A DNA stretch of 64,000 nt. It comes from an uncultured Candidatus Saccharibacteria bacterium (lineage in GTDB: Bacteria; Patescibacteriota; Minisyncoccia; Phycocordibacterales; CAYSCM01). The stretch lies in assembly GCA_964429815.1 (NCBI GenBank), contig CAYSCM010000001.1, positions 32,001-96,000 of the forward strand, in the 5' to 3' direction. Of this stretch, positions 18,271 through 26,996 are shown piece after piece. Under the pieces are notes generated by a model that worked only from the letters and a program-made list of their open reading frames with translations, did no database searches and was not told the origin of the DNA. Position numbers and translations under genes: made by a program. Position 1 is the stretch's first letter. Each line of letters starts with the position of its first letter.

Positions 18271-19248
18271 CTACGTAAGCCCTAGCTTCTGCATCATCTT
18301 GACGTTGTGGTAGAGAGGATTGTTGAGACCGTCTGTTATGTCGCCCCGTTCGTATGCTGCCTTTATAGAGCGCACTGCCTCGGGGATATCAAACTGGGCC
18401 TTAAAGCCGAGTACACGCTCTATCTTGTCGGCATTGAGCTTGTAGGAGCGGTTATCGACGATCGAAGCCGATACCTTGATCGAAACTGCGGGGTCGTTGA
18501 GAACATCCTTGATGAGTTTCCCCGTATCGAGCACCGAAATATTCCAGAACCCGGTATTGAAGACTTCGCGATGAATTTTCTCCTGCGGAGCTGCGAGGAG
18601 CGTCTCGTAAATACGCACCATGTCGCGGATATTTATATGGGGTCGCAACTGGCTCCCGCCGAAGATGGTTATTTTCTTGTTTACGAGCGCATGCATGGTA
18701 AGTAAGTTCACGGTGAGGTCAAGTCGCAAACGCGTCGCGTAACCACACACCGTGCCCGGACGCACCGTCACGTAGTTGAGGTTGGTACCCTCAAGAACCT
18801 TTTCACACTCGAGCTTGTACTTGCCGTAATCCGTGATCGGCCTTCCCACCCTCTCCTCGGTCACTTCCCCCTCTTGGATACCATAGGTGCTCGCGGAGCT
18901 TGCGTAGATAAACCGACCGATGTCGTTTTCCTTCGCCGCATCGATGACGTTGAAGAACGCGTCGTAGTTGATCGATTTCCCGAGCGTTGGGTCGAGCTCG
19001 AAGCTCGGGTCGTTCGACACGCACGCAAGGTGAATGAGGGAATCGCAGCCTTTGGCCGACTCGATTAACTTTTTTCGGTCACGGATATCTCCCCGGATCT
19101 CAGTGAGGTTTTTCTGCTTGATGCCGGAAAAAACATCGCCGTAGAGATAGAGGTCGTACACAACGACGCTATGGCCCGCTTCGAGAAGTTTCGGAACGAG
19201 AGCGCTGCCGACGTATCCCGCTCCGCCTGTGATGAAGATCTTGGTCAT
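18271..19248 (-). CDS. NAD-dependent NDP-sugar epimerase/dehydratase
   Basis: ITGGAGYVGSAL Rossmann motif and YGKYK catalytic motif. Confidence 0.6.
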   Translation of the reverse strand: MTKIFITGGAGYVGSALVPKLLEAGHSVVVYDLYLYGDVFSGIKQKNLTEIRGDIRDRKKLIESAKGCDSLIHLACVSNDPSFELDPTLGKSINYDAFFNVIDAAKENDIGRFIYASSASTYGIQEGEVTEERVGRPITDYGKYKLECEKVLEGTNLNYVTVRPGTVCGYATRLRLDLTVNLLTMHALVNKKITIFGGSQLRPHINIRDMVRIYETLLAAPQEKIHREVFNTGFWNISVLDTGKLIKDVLNDPAVSIKVSASIVDNRSYKLNADKIERVLGFKAQFDIPEAVRSIKAAYERGDITDGLNNPLYHNVKMMQKLGLT

Positions 19249-19250
19249 AG

Positions 19251-20309
19251 TTATGCGAGAAGTTCGCTTATAAAATCTTTGAGTTCCGCTTTCTTGATAG
19301 GTCTCTTATTGCCCACTATGCCTATCGCAAGTGCTCCGACTGCATTGCCGATAAAGCCGACCACGTCGAGCGGCACCCGGTTATGTACCAACGGGGCCGT
19401 CAGGGCCAGGAAAGCATCTCCCGCCCCCATTCGGTCGGTAAACGAGCTCCTCATCGTGGGGGCGTTCGTGATCTTCCCCCGATTATATAGGTAACAACCC
19501 ATGGGCCCTCCGGTCACAATGAAGTTTTTGTACCGGAGCTTGGTGGCGACGTTTCGCATGACGCTTATTAGGTCGTGATTGCGCTCGCGCGCCTCGAGCC
19601 GGAGCTCTCGCTCATCGGCGCAAACATAGTCGGCTTTTGGAAATACCGAAAGGGTATGAAACCCCATATTACCCGCGTTCGCCTGGGCCGTAAGGGCCAA
19701 AAAGGGTGAACGCTGCATAAGCTCCTTACGGCTCGCCCGGTCGAGCATGCCGTGCCCGAAATCACCGCAGATGACCAGATCGTGGGACTTGAAGAGCTTG
19801 CGAAGTGTCCGGACGACCTCCGCGCTCTCGCTTGCGCTCGGAGACTTGTCGCTCATAACGTAAAACTCGAGGAGTTTCTGAAGCGGTACCTCTTCCATAA
19901 ACCGCTTCTTCATGATGGTGGGAGCGCTCTTTTTGTAGAAAAAGACTGGCTTGACGTTTTTCGGGAGCGAGCGGCGAACGAATGCTTCTTGGGAATTTTC
20001 CTCGCCGAGCATGGCAAAAAGCGTCACCTCCTTGCAAAAGCTCGCGAGATGGTTGGCGATGGCGATGGACCCTCCGGCGTAGAGCTCTTTTTTTATTTCT
20101 TTGAGCGCGACGATGGGTTCCTTAGCGGACTTTCCAATGGACCTTCCGAACGTATATTCGTCGAGAATAGCCTCGCCCACCACGAGGACTCGCGTGTCTT
20201 TCATCGCTTCGAGCACATCAAAAAGGTACTCTTTCGAATACCTCTTCTTGAAACGCATCAGGTACGAATTCCAGTCGGTGCTAAGATTCTCTTTCATGGA
20301 TTCCGACAT
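19251..20309 (-). CDS. D-glycero-beta-D-manno-heptose-7-phosphate kinase (PfkB family, HldE/RfaE domain I-like)
   Basis: VLVVGEAILDEY N-terminal PfkB motif and GAGDAFLA C-terminal motif. ATG 20309 (MSESMKENL) chosen. The track ORF extends 101 codons further upstream with no homology. Confidence 0.65.
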   Translation of the reverse strand: MSESMKENLSTDWNSYLMRFKKRYSKEYLFDVLEAMKDTRVLVVGEAILDEYTFGRSIGKSAKEPIVALKEIKKELYAGGSIAIANHLASFCKEVTLFAMLGEENSQEAFVRRSLPKNVKPVFFYKKSAPTIMKKRFMEEVPLQKLLEFYVMSDKSPSASESAEVVRTLRKLFKSHDLVICGDFGHGMLDRASRKELMQRSPFLALTAQANAGNMGFHTLSVFPKADYVCADERELRLEARERNHDLISVMRNVATKLRYKNFIVTGGPMGCYLYNRGKITNAPTMRSSFTDRMGAGDAFLALTAPLVHNRVPLDVVGFIGNAVGALAIGIVGNKRPIKKAELKDFISELLA

Positions 20310-20353
20310 GGTACCTGATGGGTGGGAAAAGAAAAGCCGCGAAAAGCTTCCTC

Positions 20354-21724
20354 CTAGGAAATAAAACTGAGCACAGCGGAAGCGATGTGAGAGGCCGACA
20401 TTCCGTCGAATTTCCAGCAGTAGCGATCTTTGAAAACTTTGCGCCGGTCGCTGTGAATCTCGGGGTGCGCAAGGTAGATGTTGATCCATTTCGCAAGTTC
20501 TCCCTTGGAGCCCACGAGAGCGGTCGAGCCGATGGAGAGCCAGGAAACTTGATTTTCCTCCAATCTCCAGCGCCTCACGAGGCTGCGCAGGAACGGTACC
20601 TTTGTTTCCCACCCGTCGAAATTGATGGTGATGAGCGGTTTATCGAAAATAGAAGAATCGATGATGATGGAAGAGATGGTATTGATGACCAGCGAGCTCC
20701 AGTAGAGTGAATCGTAAATGTGTTGAAAGAAGCTCATGTCGAGTTCCCCCTCTCGCTTGTCACGCTCAAGGTCATTGAGCTTGGCGGGGCCTGGAATATC
20801 AATAATAAAGTGCTCGTCTGGTGTGAATTTGGAGAGGTCGACGGGGAGGAACGGGTGGAGCCGAACCAAAATTTGCAAATCGTCGGGGATTTTCTTCTCC
20901 GCAAAGAGGTCTTTGAGGATCTGGCAGGTCTGCCAGTCGGTGTCGATGAAAAAATGTCCGGCGGGCGCGAAGAGGACGAGGCGTTTCTTCGGGTCAGCGC
21001 CGATTTTCTTAAAAAATTCTTCACGCGGGGTCGGCTGCATGGTGAGGTACTTTTCAAACTGCGGGACACCTGATAGCACGATCGTGGTCTCTTTGATGTG
21101 GTGGTAGCGCACCATATCCTCTTTCATGACCTCGTTATGGACGATGAGCCGATCCGGCACGAAGCGAGCATAGCTACGGGACGTCGTATTGTCCCACGAA
21201 CGCACCATCGCGACCGTTCTCACCCCGCGTGCTTTGGCATTTTTGAGAAGGAAGAGGTCCGAGTGATTAAAAAGGTCGGTCGCGAACACGACGCTGGGCC
21301 GATATGTCTCAACATATCGATTGAACGTGTCCTGATTATTGAGCCTATAGTCGAGAAAACGCAGGAATTTCTTGACTGGCGTGATCGGAGCGAACAGGGC
21401 CGTGAAGAGAAGCGACGTATAGTACTTCGGCCAGTTACCCGTCTTCGTCCGCGCCTCGAGTTTATGGATCCACATGACGTTCGTGTCGAGGAGCCACTCG
21501 GCCAGTCTTTGGAACAGCCGGTTGCGGAAACTGGTTACGTTCTTTCCAAGTTCCACCCCCTCGACAATGACGCCCGGGTAGCGTATTTTAAAATATTCCT
21601 CCTGGGGTTTTGCAACAAAAAGGACGACCCGCGCCTCCTTGGTGAGAAGATCGAGCACTCCCGTGTTGAGGATATTTTTTGTTATAAACGGATGAAAATC
21701 CGTAATGAAAACCGTCGGCTTCAT
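20354..21724 (-). CDS. hypothetical transferase (possible GT-B-like glycosyl- or glycerophospho-transferase; family unresolved)
   Basis: 456 aa soluble protein inside the glycan locus. Placement and size fit TagF/KpsS-type transferases, but no motif could be matched by eye. Confidence 0.3.
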   Translation of the reverse strand: MKPTVFITDFHPFITKNILNTGVLDLLTKEARVVLFVAKPQEEYFKIRYPGVIVEGVELGKNVTSFRNRLFQRLAEWLLDTNVMWIHKLEARTKTGNWPKYYTSLLFTALFAPITPVKKFLRFLDYRLNNQDTFNRYVETYRPSVVFATDLFNHSDLFLLKNAKARGVRTVAMVRSWDNTTSRSYARFVPDRLIVHNEVMKEDMVRYHHIKETTIVLSGVPQFEKYLTMQPTPREEFFKKIGADPKKRLVLFAPAGHFFIDTDWQTCQILKDLFAEKKIPDDLQILVRLHPFLPVDLSKFTPDEHFIIDIPGPAKLNDLERDKREGELDMSFFQHIYDSLYWSSLVINTISSIIIDSSIFDKPLITINFDGWETKVPFLRSLVRRWRLEENQVSWLSIGSTALVGSKGELAKWINIYLAHPEIHSDRRKVFKDRYCWKFDGMSASHIASAVLSFIS

Positions 21725-22821
21725 TGAAATAGAGACTTCACCGAGGCAATCACGTGGTCCGACTCAGTTTTCGTAAGTGACGGATAGAGCGGTAGTGCGA
21801 TCATGCCGAAGCCACGCCGCTCGGCGTTGGGGAAGTCCCCTTTTTTGTACGCATATTTTTCCACGTAGTAAGGTTCGAGTGGGATGGGATCGTGATTGAC
21901 TCCGGTCTCCACTCCTAAGGCAGAAAGTTTTTTGCGCAGCTCATCCCGATCGTTCGGATCGACATACATCGCAAAGACATCGTACGCGTGCCGAACATTC
22001 TTATTTCGTCTTGGAAAGGAGACGCCTTGGATGCCGACAAACGCCCTCTCATAGACCTCATACCACTTTTTGCGCTTTTTCCACTGGGCCTCAATACGCG
22101 CGAGTTGGGGAATAAGCATGGCGGCCTGGAATGAGGTCAGAGGGTAACGATAGCCCAGGTAGAGCATACGACGATTACCCTCTCTTTTTTCCATCCCACT
22201 GTCACAAAAAACCCGTACCTTGCGGCACAGCTCAGCGTCGTTGGAGACCATAGCCCCCCCTTGCCCGCTCGTGATGTTTTTTGCCGCATGGAAACTGAAG
22301 AAGGCCGCCGCGGTGAGCTGTCCAGGGCGGATCCCCTCAAAATCACTCTCGAGTGCATGCGCGGCGTCCTCGATGACAAGAAGATTGTGCTTTTTTGCGA
22401 TCTGTGCGAGCCGCTTGATATCGACCATGTTGCCGTAGTAGTGGACCGGTACGATAGCCTTTGTTTTTACGGTTACAGCTGCCTCAATTTTGGCGAGGTC
22501 GATGAGCGATGTGTCTGGATCGACATCAACAAATACTGGTTTCGCACCGGTGTATTCGATGGCGTTTGCAGTCTGGACCGCAGAGAGGGCCGACGTGATA
22601 ACTTCATCTCCTGATCCGACACCAAGGGATGCCAGGGTCGCATGGAGCGCCGCAGTGCCACTTCCCACGACCGCGGTGTCTTTCGCCCCAAGGTATGCCG
22701 CCAAGTCTCCTTCAAGCTCCTTGGAAACCGGCCCGTATGTAAGCCATCCCGATTTCATCGCTTCGGTGGCTCGTTGTATGTCAGCCTTCTTAATTTCGGG
22801 TTTTAGAAATTCTACCTTCAT
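21721..22821 (-). CDS. DegT/DnrJ/EryC1/StrS-family PLP-dependent sugar aminotransferase
   Basis: FSFHAAKNITSGQGG contains the conserved PLP-lysine. Family-typical N-terminal region. 4-nt overlap with the downstream gene. Confidence 0.75.
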   Translation of the reverse strand: MKVEFLKPEIKKADIQRATEAMKSGWLTYGPVSKELEGDLAAYLGAKDTAVVGSGTAALHATLASLGVGSGDEVITSALSAVQTANAIEYTGAKPVFVDVDPDTSLIDLAKIEAAVTVKTKAIVPVHYYGNMVDIKRLAQIAKKHNLLVIEDAAHALESDFEGIRPGQLTAAAFFSFHAAKNITSGQGGAMVSNDAELCRKVRVFCDSGMEKREGNRRMLYLGYRYPLTSFQAAMLIPQLARIEAQWKKRKKWYEVYERAFVGIQGVSFPRRNKNVRHAYDVFAMYVDPNDRDELRKKLSALGVETGVNHDPIPLEPYYVEKYAYKKGDFPNAERRGFGMIALPLYPSLTKTESDHVIASVKSLFQ

Positions 22822-23537
22822 CTCGTGAAGACAAGCATTTTGTATTTCGACTTCGTGGCGCCGACCATGCGATACAGCGAATCCAAAAACAAGGTGAGCG
22901 TGTATACAAACCAGTTTTTACCTAAATGAAAGAAAAGAAAACTATCGATGAAGTTGACATGGCGCAGTTCTGAGAGCGTGGCACCCACAGCCTCAAACTT
23001 AGCCTTAATCTCCGGCAGGGTTTCGACCTCCTTGTAAGACAACCCTTTCTGGAACGAAGGTACGCTCTCAGGTATGTACTCAAGCAATAGAATTTTGCTC
23101 CCCTTTTTCATGCCAGCTATTCCTTCAAAAAAGGCCAGCCTGGCTTCCGCCGAGAGGTGGACATATACGGTCGTAGTGTATACCACGTCGGCCTTCTTGA
23201 TAGCCTCGACAACTTCCGGTCGTGGTAATGGTTTTGGAACGAAGGATGTTTGCGGCAGGGTTCCGCGTATCCTCTGCACAATTTCGATATTGAACGGGAA
23301 ATCAAAACCCGTGAAGTGCGCGTTTGGCGCCAGTCTGTGAATCGCCTCAAGGTACTCGCCTACGCCGCACCCGACATCTACAACTTCCCTTGCTCCGGCA
23401 AAGTCACGGCGAGAGAAGGCGCCCGTGCGAATGTGGTAGGCGTACCGGTCTTGCCAAACATTATGATAGTGGCAGGGATTGTGGCCTTTTTTTGTTTGTT
23501 CGAGCCAATAGTCTTCTGTGCCGTTCGTATCAAGCAT
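22818..23537 (-). CDS. class I SAM-dependent methyltransferase
   Basis: VVDVGCGVGEY motif I. Confidence 0.55.
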   Translation of the reverse strand: MLDTNGTEDYWLEQTKKGHNPCHYHNVWQDRYAYHIRTGAFSRRDFAGAREVVDVGCGVGEYLEAIHRLAPNAHFTGFDFPFNIEIVQRIRGTLPQTSFVPKPLPRPEVVEAIKKADVVYTTTVYVHLSAEARLAFFEGIAGMKKGSKILLLEYIPESVPSFQKGLSYKEVETLPEIKAKFEAVGATLSELRHVNFIDSFLFFHLGKNWFVYTLTLFLDSLYRMVGATKSKYKMLVFTR

Positions 23538-24669
23538 GGGTGAGTATCGATTCGTATGCGCCTATGTACAGCTCCCCAATTCTATCCCAGCTGTGTTTTT
23601 TCGCTTCCTCTTTTCCATGCCGTGACATTTCCTCGCGAAGCGCGGGGTTCCCTACGATCTTTCGAATGGCGTCCGCGAGTTCTTTCACTGAATCCTGCGG
23701 CACCAAAAATCCATTGTAGCCGTTTTTTATCACATACTCAGAACCAAACCCGTTGGTACTCACGATAGGAGCCCCCAGTGAATGGGCTTCGTAGTAGACC
23801 ATGGGGAATCCTTCGAATGATCCTTCGATCGTCTGTGCCGCCAGCACGAAAAGAGTACAAGTGCTGTAAAGCTCAAGGAGCTTCTCGTCACTCACGCGCC
23901 CGAGAATATGGACCTGGTCTTCAAGCTTGAGCTCTTTCACAAGGGCCTTCAGCTCTTGTGCAAAAACATCGGTATCATGATAACTTCCCGCGATCTTATA
24001 TTCGAGCTCAGGAAATTCATCGCGAAGCAAATTGAGCGCGCGGACCACATAATTAGTACCCTTGCGCGGTTTGAGGCCTCCGACGGTCAGGAGAAATGGT
24101 TTCTTGGAAGCGGGGTAGCTTTTGATACCAATGAATTTGGATGGATCGACACCGAAGGGCACAAAGTGCCATCGATTGCCGAGCTTTACTGCTCGCTCGA
24201 TGCGCTCAATATTTTGCTTTGACCCGGTCGCGATGTAAGCGGCGTGGTCGTACATAAAGCGCATTACGATGCGCTTAATTCGCTGCCGCATGGTGTTTCC
24301 CGTCGGAACCACGCAGTAGGTCCCAGCAAGGGTGATAATGAATGGCTTACCTAGCACCCATGCCGCAAACGCCGCGCCTGGGCCGAGCGGCTCTATAAGC
24401 GCATGGATCACATCGCAATCTCGTAAATAACGAAAACACATAAAGGCGGTGTGGATCTGGTTCTTGAGTCCGAAACTCAAGTGATTCTTGGACAGGACGT
24501 TTTTTATTTCGTAGTTGACCAGATCATTTTCTGCCTTCTTCGAGGAAAGTACCACCACATTGTGGTAGCGCGCGACCCCACCAACAATGCCCTTCGAAAG
24601 CGTGTCCCAGCCGCCGTGGTAGGAAATCGAGGAGGTCACGTAGCCGATTTTGAGCCGCTTCATTGCCAT
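23530..24669 (-). CDS. glycosyltransferase family 4 (GT-B, retaining)
   Basis: C-terminal EGFPMVYYEAHSLGAPIVST (E-x7-E-like) motif and typical GT4 length. Confidence 0.7.
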   Translation of the reverse strand: MAMKRLKIGYVTSSISYHGGWDTLSKGIVGGVARYHNVVVLSSKKAENDLVNYEIKNVLSKNHLSFGLKNQIHTAFMCFRYLRDCDVIHALIEPLGPGAAFAAWVLGKPFIITLAGTYCVVPTGNTMRQRIKRIVMRFMYDHAAYIATGSKQNIERIERAVKLGNRWHFVPFGVDPSKFIGIKSYPASKKPFLLTVGGLKPRKGTNYVVRALNLLRDEFPELEYKIAGSYHDTDVFAQELKALVKELKLEDQVHILGRVSDEKLLELYSTCTLFVLAAQTIEGSFEGFPMVYYEAHSLGAPIVSTNGFGSEYVIKNGYNGFLVPQDSVKELADAIRKIVGNPALREEMSRHGKEEAKKHSWDRIGELYIGAYESILTHA

Positions 24670-24713
24670 ACGCTAGCAGATAAGCCAATAAATACGAACT
24701 GGATGATGGATAG

Positions 24714-24742
24714 TTGACTATTGCAGATAATCGTGCTACAAT
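24714..24742 (+). promoter_or_regulatory. sigma-70-type promoter TTGACT-N17-TACAAT
   Basis: Near-consensus hexamers with a 17-nt spacer, followed by GAGGAGG and an ATG at 24775. Confidence 0.5.
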
Positions 24743-24774
24743 TTTGCCCGGTCTACAAAGCCGAGGAGGCACAC

Positions 24775-25362
24775 ATGCCGAAGTTCTTTCCTGCCCGCCC
24801 CGACCCGGAGCCGCCGGTCTTTTTCGAAGGCGGCGATGGCGTCCGCAAGGGATGGAGCCGGCCGTTCCTTGATGACGCTGAATACCTCACTGCCCTCAAC
24901 AAGCTCCTGATCGTCTGTTCGGACGTCTTATGGGTGAGGCCGGAATCGCAAGAGCTCTGGCTCACCTGGCGCAAGGTGCACAGCACGAAAGGCCCGTGGA
25001 TGTTCGGCGGGCGTCAGCTGCGCGGGGAAACGCCGCGCGAAGCGGCCGTGAGGAAACTCTCACGGGAGGTCGGTACCGACGTCGGGCCGGATGAACTCTC
25101 GTACCTGGCGACGCTCGTGTGGCTCTCCGAATTTCGTCAACAAGAACCCCAGGGCGCCGGCTGCCATTTCATCCTGTTCCACTACTGCTGGCAGCCACAG
25201 GACGAGCTGGTCGCTTCGAAGCAGGCAAAGCTCGACCCGGCCGAGTACGATCTCGAGCACGGCATCAAAGCCTACGGCTTGGCCGACATCGAAGCGCTCG
25301 ACGGGAAACTCTGGCCGCAACGCCAGCTTCTCATCGATCACTGGCGTCGCTGCTTCGGCTAG
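24775..25362 (+). CDS. Nudix hydrolase, GDP-mannose mannosyl hydrolase-like
   Basis: Degenerate Nudix box GGRQLRGETPREAAVRKLSREVG. Sits in a gmd-containing locus like E. coli wcaH/gmm. The track ORF starts at TTG 24721, inside the promoter, so ATG 24775 is preferred. Confidence 0.6.
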   Translation: MPKFFPARPDPEPPVFFEGGDGVRKGWSRPFLDDAEYLTALNKLLIVCSDVLWVRPESQELWLTWRKVHSTKGPWMFGGRQLRGETPREAAVRKLSREVGTDVGPDELSYLATLVWLSEFRQQEPQGAGCHFILFHYCWQPQDELVASKQAKLDPAEYDLEHGIKAYGLADIEALDGKLWPQRQLLIDHWRRCFG

Positions 25363-25393
25363 TAGACGTCCGCTCTCGTTCTTAACACTTTCG

Positions 25394-25423
25394 GCCGCAC
25401 CCACAGGGTGCGGCTGATTTTTC
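25394..25423 (+). terminator. rho-independent terminator (copy 1 of a repeated hairpin)
   Basis: GCCGCACCC-ACA-GGGTGCGGC followed by TGATTTTTC. Confidence 0.65.
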
Positions 25424-25452
25424 TTGACTATTTAAAATAGTGTGATATTATC
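25424..25452 (+). promoter_or_regulatory. sigma-70-type promoter TTGACT-N17-TATTAT
   Basis: Directly abuts the upstream terminator. Followed by AGGAGAGGA and an ATG at 25483. Confidence 0.5.
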
Positions 25453-25482
25453 TTCCTAGACTAGAAATTTCAGGAGAGGAAC

Positions 25483-25977
25483 ATGAGCGTGGATAGACTA
25501 CTAATCTCCAAAGAAACAAAAACCCATGAATGGTATCTTCAAAAAAAAGCCCGCGCCGCAGGCGAAACGGGCTATGATCTCTTCTTCAGCAGACTGCAGC
25601 CGTCGGACTTCAGTTTTGTCCTAGAGAAAGAGGCGGGCCGAGTCCTAATTGTAGGGACGAATTCTCAAATTCGCAATTTTTTTGCGGACCAAGAAAAAAT
25701 CCTTCGCGAGGTCTGCACAAGACGTGCCATAGCAAATCCGACGTTCATGGCCGCTGCCTCAACCAACTGGTTCTGGCAAAAATTCTTCAACTATGGAAAT
25801 TTTTTGGACAACCATCCCGAGGGAGCGACCCTTCCCGCGTTGGTTATTGCCTCGGGCGACATCCGCCACTACGACGACTGGGGTCGCGGCACCACTATCG
25901 ACAAGATCGATACGTGGCTCTCTGGCCATTGCGAGCGCTTCGGTGTACCGATTGAGTACATCAAAAGCGCCAATTAA
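25483..25977 (+). CDS. hypothetical protein (164 aa), stand-alone transcription unit
   Basis: Has its own strong promoter and RBS, and is bracketed by two near-identical terminator hairpins. No recognisable domain. Confidence 0.55.
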   Translation: MSVDRLLISKETKTHEWYLQKKARAAGETGYDLFFSRLQPSDFSFVLEKEAGRVLIVGTNSQIRNFFADQEKILREVCTRRAIANPTFMAAASTNWFWQKFFNYGNFLDNHPEGATLPALVIASGDIRHYDDWGRGTTIDKIDTWLSGHCERFGVPIEYIKSAN

Positions 25978-25986
25978 TTAAGACTT

Positions 25987-26019
25987 CGGCCGCACCCATA
26001 GGGTGCGGCCGATTTTTAC
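25987..26019. terminator. bidirectional rho-independent terminator (copy 2 of the repeated hairpin)
   Basis: CGGCCGCACCC-ATA-GGGTGCGGCCG followed by ATTTTTAC. Lies between convergent genes. Confidence 0.65.
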
Positions 26020-26996
26020 TTTCCGGGATTTTTTTCGTACCAGGCGATTGTTTTTTTGAGGCCATCTCGTAGTGCCGTCACCGCTTCCCAGCCGGTATCG
26101 CGTTTTATTTTTGAGACGTCCGGAACACGTCGCTTCACGCTTCCCGTGGGACCTGGTTTGCGTTCAATAACGTTCGGCCTCCATCCGGCACGTTCGAACA
26201 AGACTTCGACGAGTTCCCCGATGTTAGTCTCGACGCTCGTACCGATATGATACGTCTCCCCGTCCGTTTTAGAACTTTCCATTACCGCCTGCATCGCCTC
26301 GACCGCATCATCAATGTAGCAAAATGAGCGCGTCTCATCGGCGCCGTAGAGGGCGAACGGATCTTCGCGTCGCTCGATGCGCCCCAACACATCGGGAATC
26401 ACGTGGTGGCCGGAGCGGGGTCCGTAGAAATTATGGGGGCGTACAACGACCGTGCGAAGTCCATACTGTTTTGCATAACTGTTGAAGAGTAGTTCTCCTA
26501 TCAACTTAGTACCGGCATACGACCACCGGGGATTACGAGGGTCAGCGATGACAAGCGGGACATTTTCAAGCGTAGGCAGCGGCAAGATGCCGAAGGCTTC
26601 AAGGGCACCGGCATATGCCTCGTTCGACGAGGTAAAAAGTATTTTTGACCCCTTCTTGTTCTTCTTAAACCACTCGAGCGCATGGACATTAAGAAGAAGG
26701 GCGGAGCGGAGAATTTCCGCAGGTATCTCATAAAAAAGCTTGGTCGAGTTAATGGCGGCTAGATGGTAGACGTCGTCAAAATCGAAGCCGAGCTTCTCCC
26801 AAGCTCTTGCTTGCGTGAGGTCGCACTGTAGGAACACAACTCCCCTCTCCTTAGTGAGAGCCCGGAACTCTTCGTCATGCTGCCCGAGCGCAAAGTTATC
26901 TACCAGGGTGAGCTCGTACCCAGCACCCTGTAATCGCTTAGCTAGGTGGTAGCCGACAAATCCTGCTGCCCCGGTTATCAAAACTCTTTTTGCCAT
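26016..26996 (-). CDS. NAD-dependent NDP-sugar epimerase/dehydratase
   Basis: VLITGAAGFVGYHL Rossmann motif and YAGTK catalytic motif. ATG 26996 chosen. The track ORF extends to 27080. Confidence 0.6.
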   Translation of the reverse strand: MAKRVLITGAAGFVGYHLAKRLQGAGYELTLVDNFALGQHDEEFRALTKERGVVFLQCDLTQARAWEKLGFDFDDVYHLAAINSTKLFYEIPAEILRSALLLNVHALEWFKKNKKGSKILFTSSNEAYAGALEAFGILPLPTLENVPLVIADPRNPRWSYAGTKLIGELLFNSYAKQYGLRTVVVRPHNFYGPRSGHHVIPDVLGRIERREDPFALYGADETRSFCYIDDAVEAMQAVMESSKTDGETYHIGTSVETNIGELVEVLFERAGWRPNVIERKPGPTGSVKRRVPDVSKIKRDTGWEAVTALRDGLKKTIAWYEKNPGK

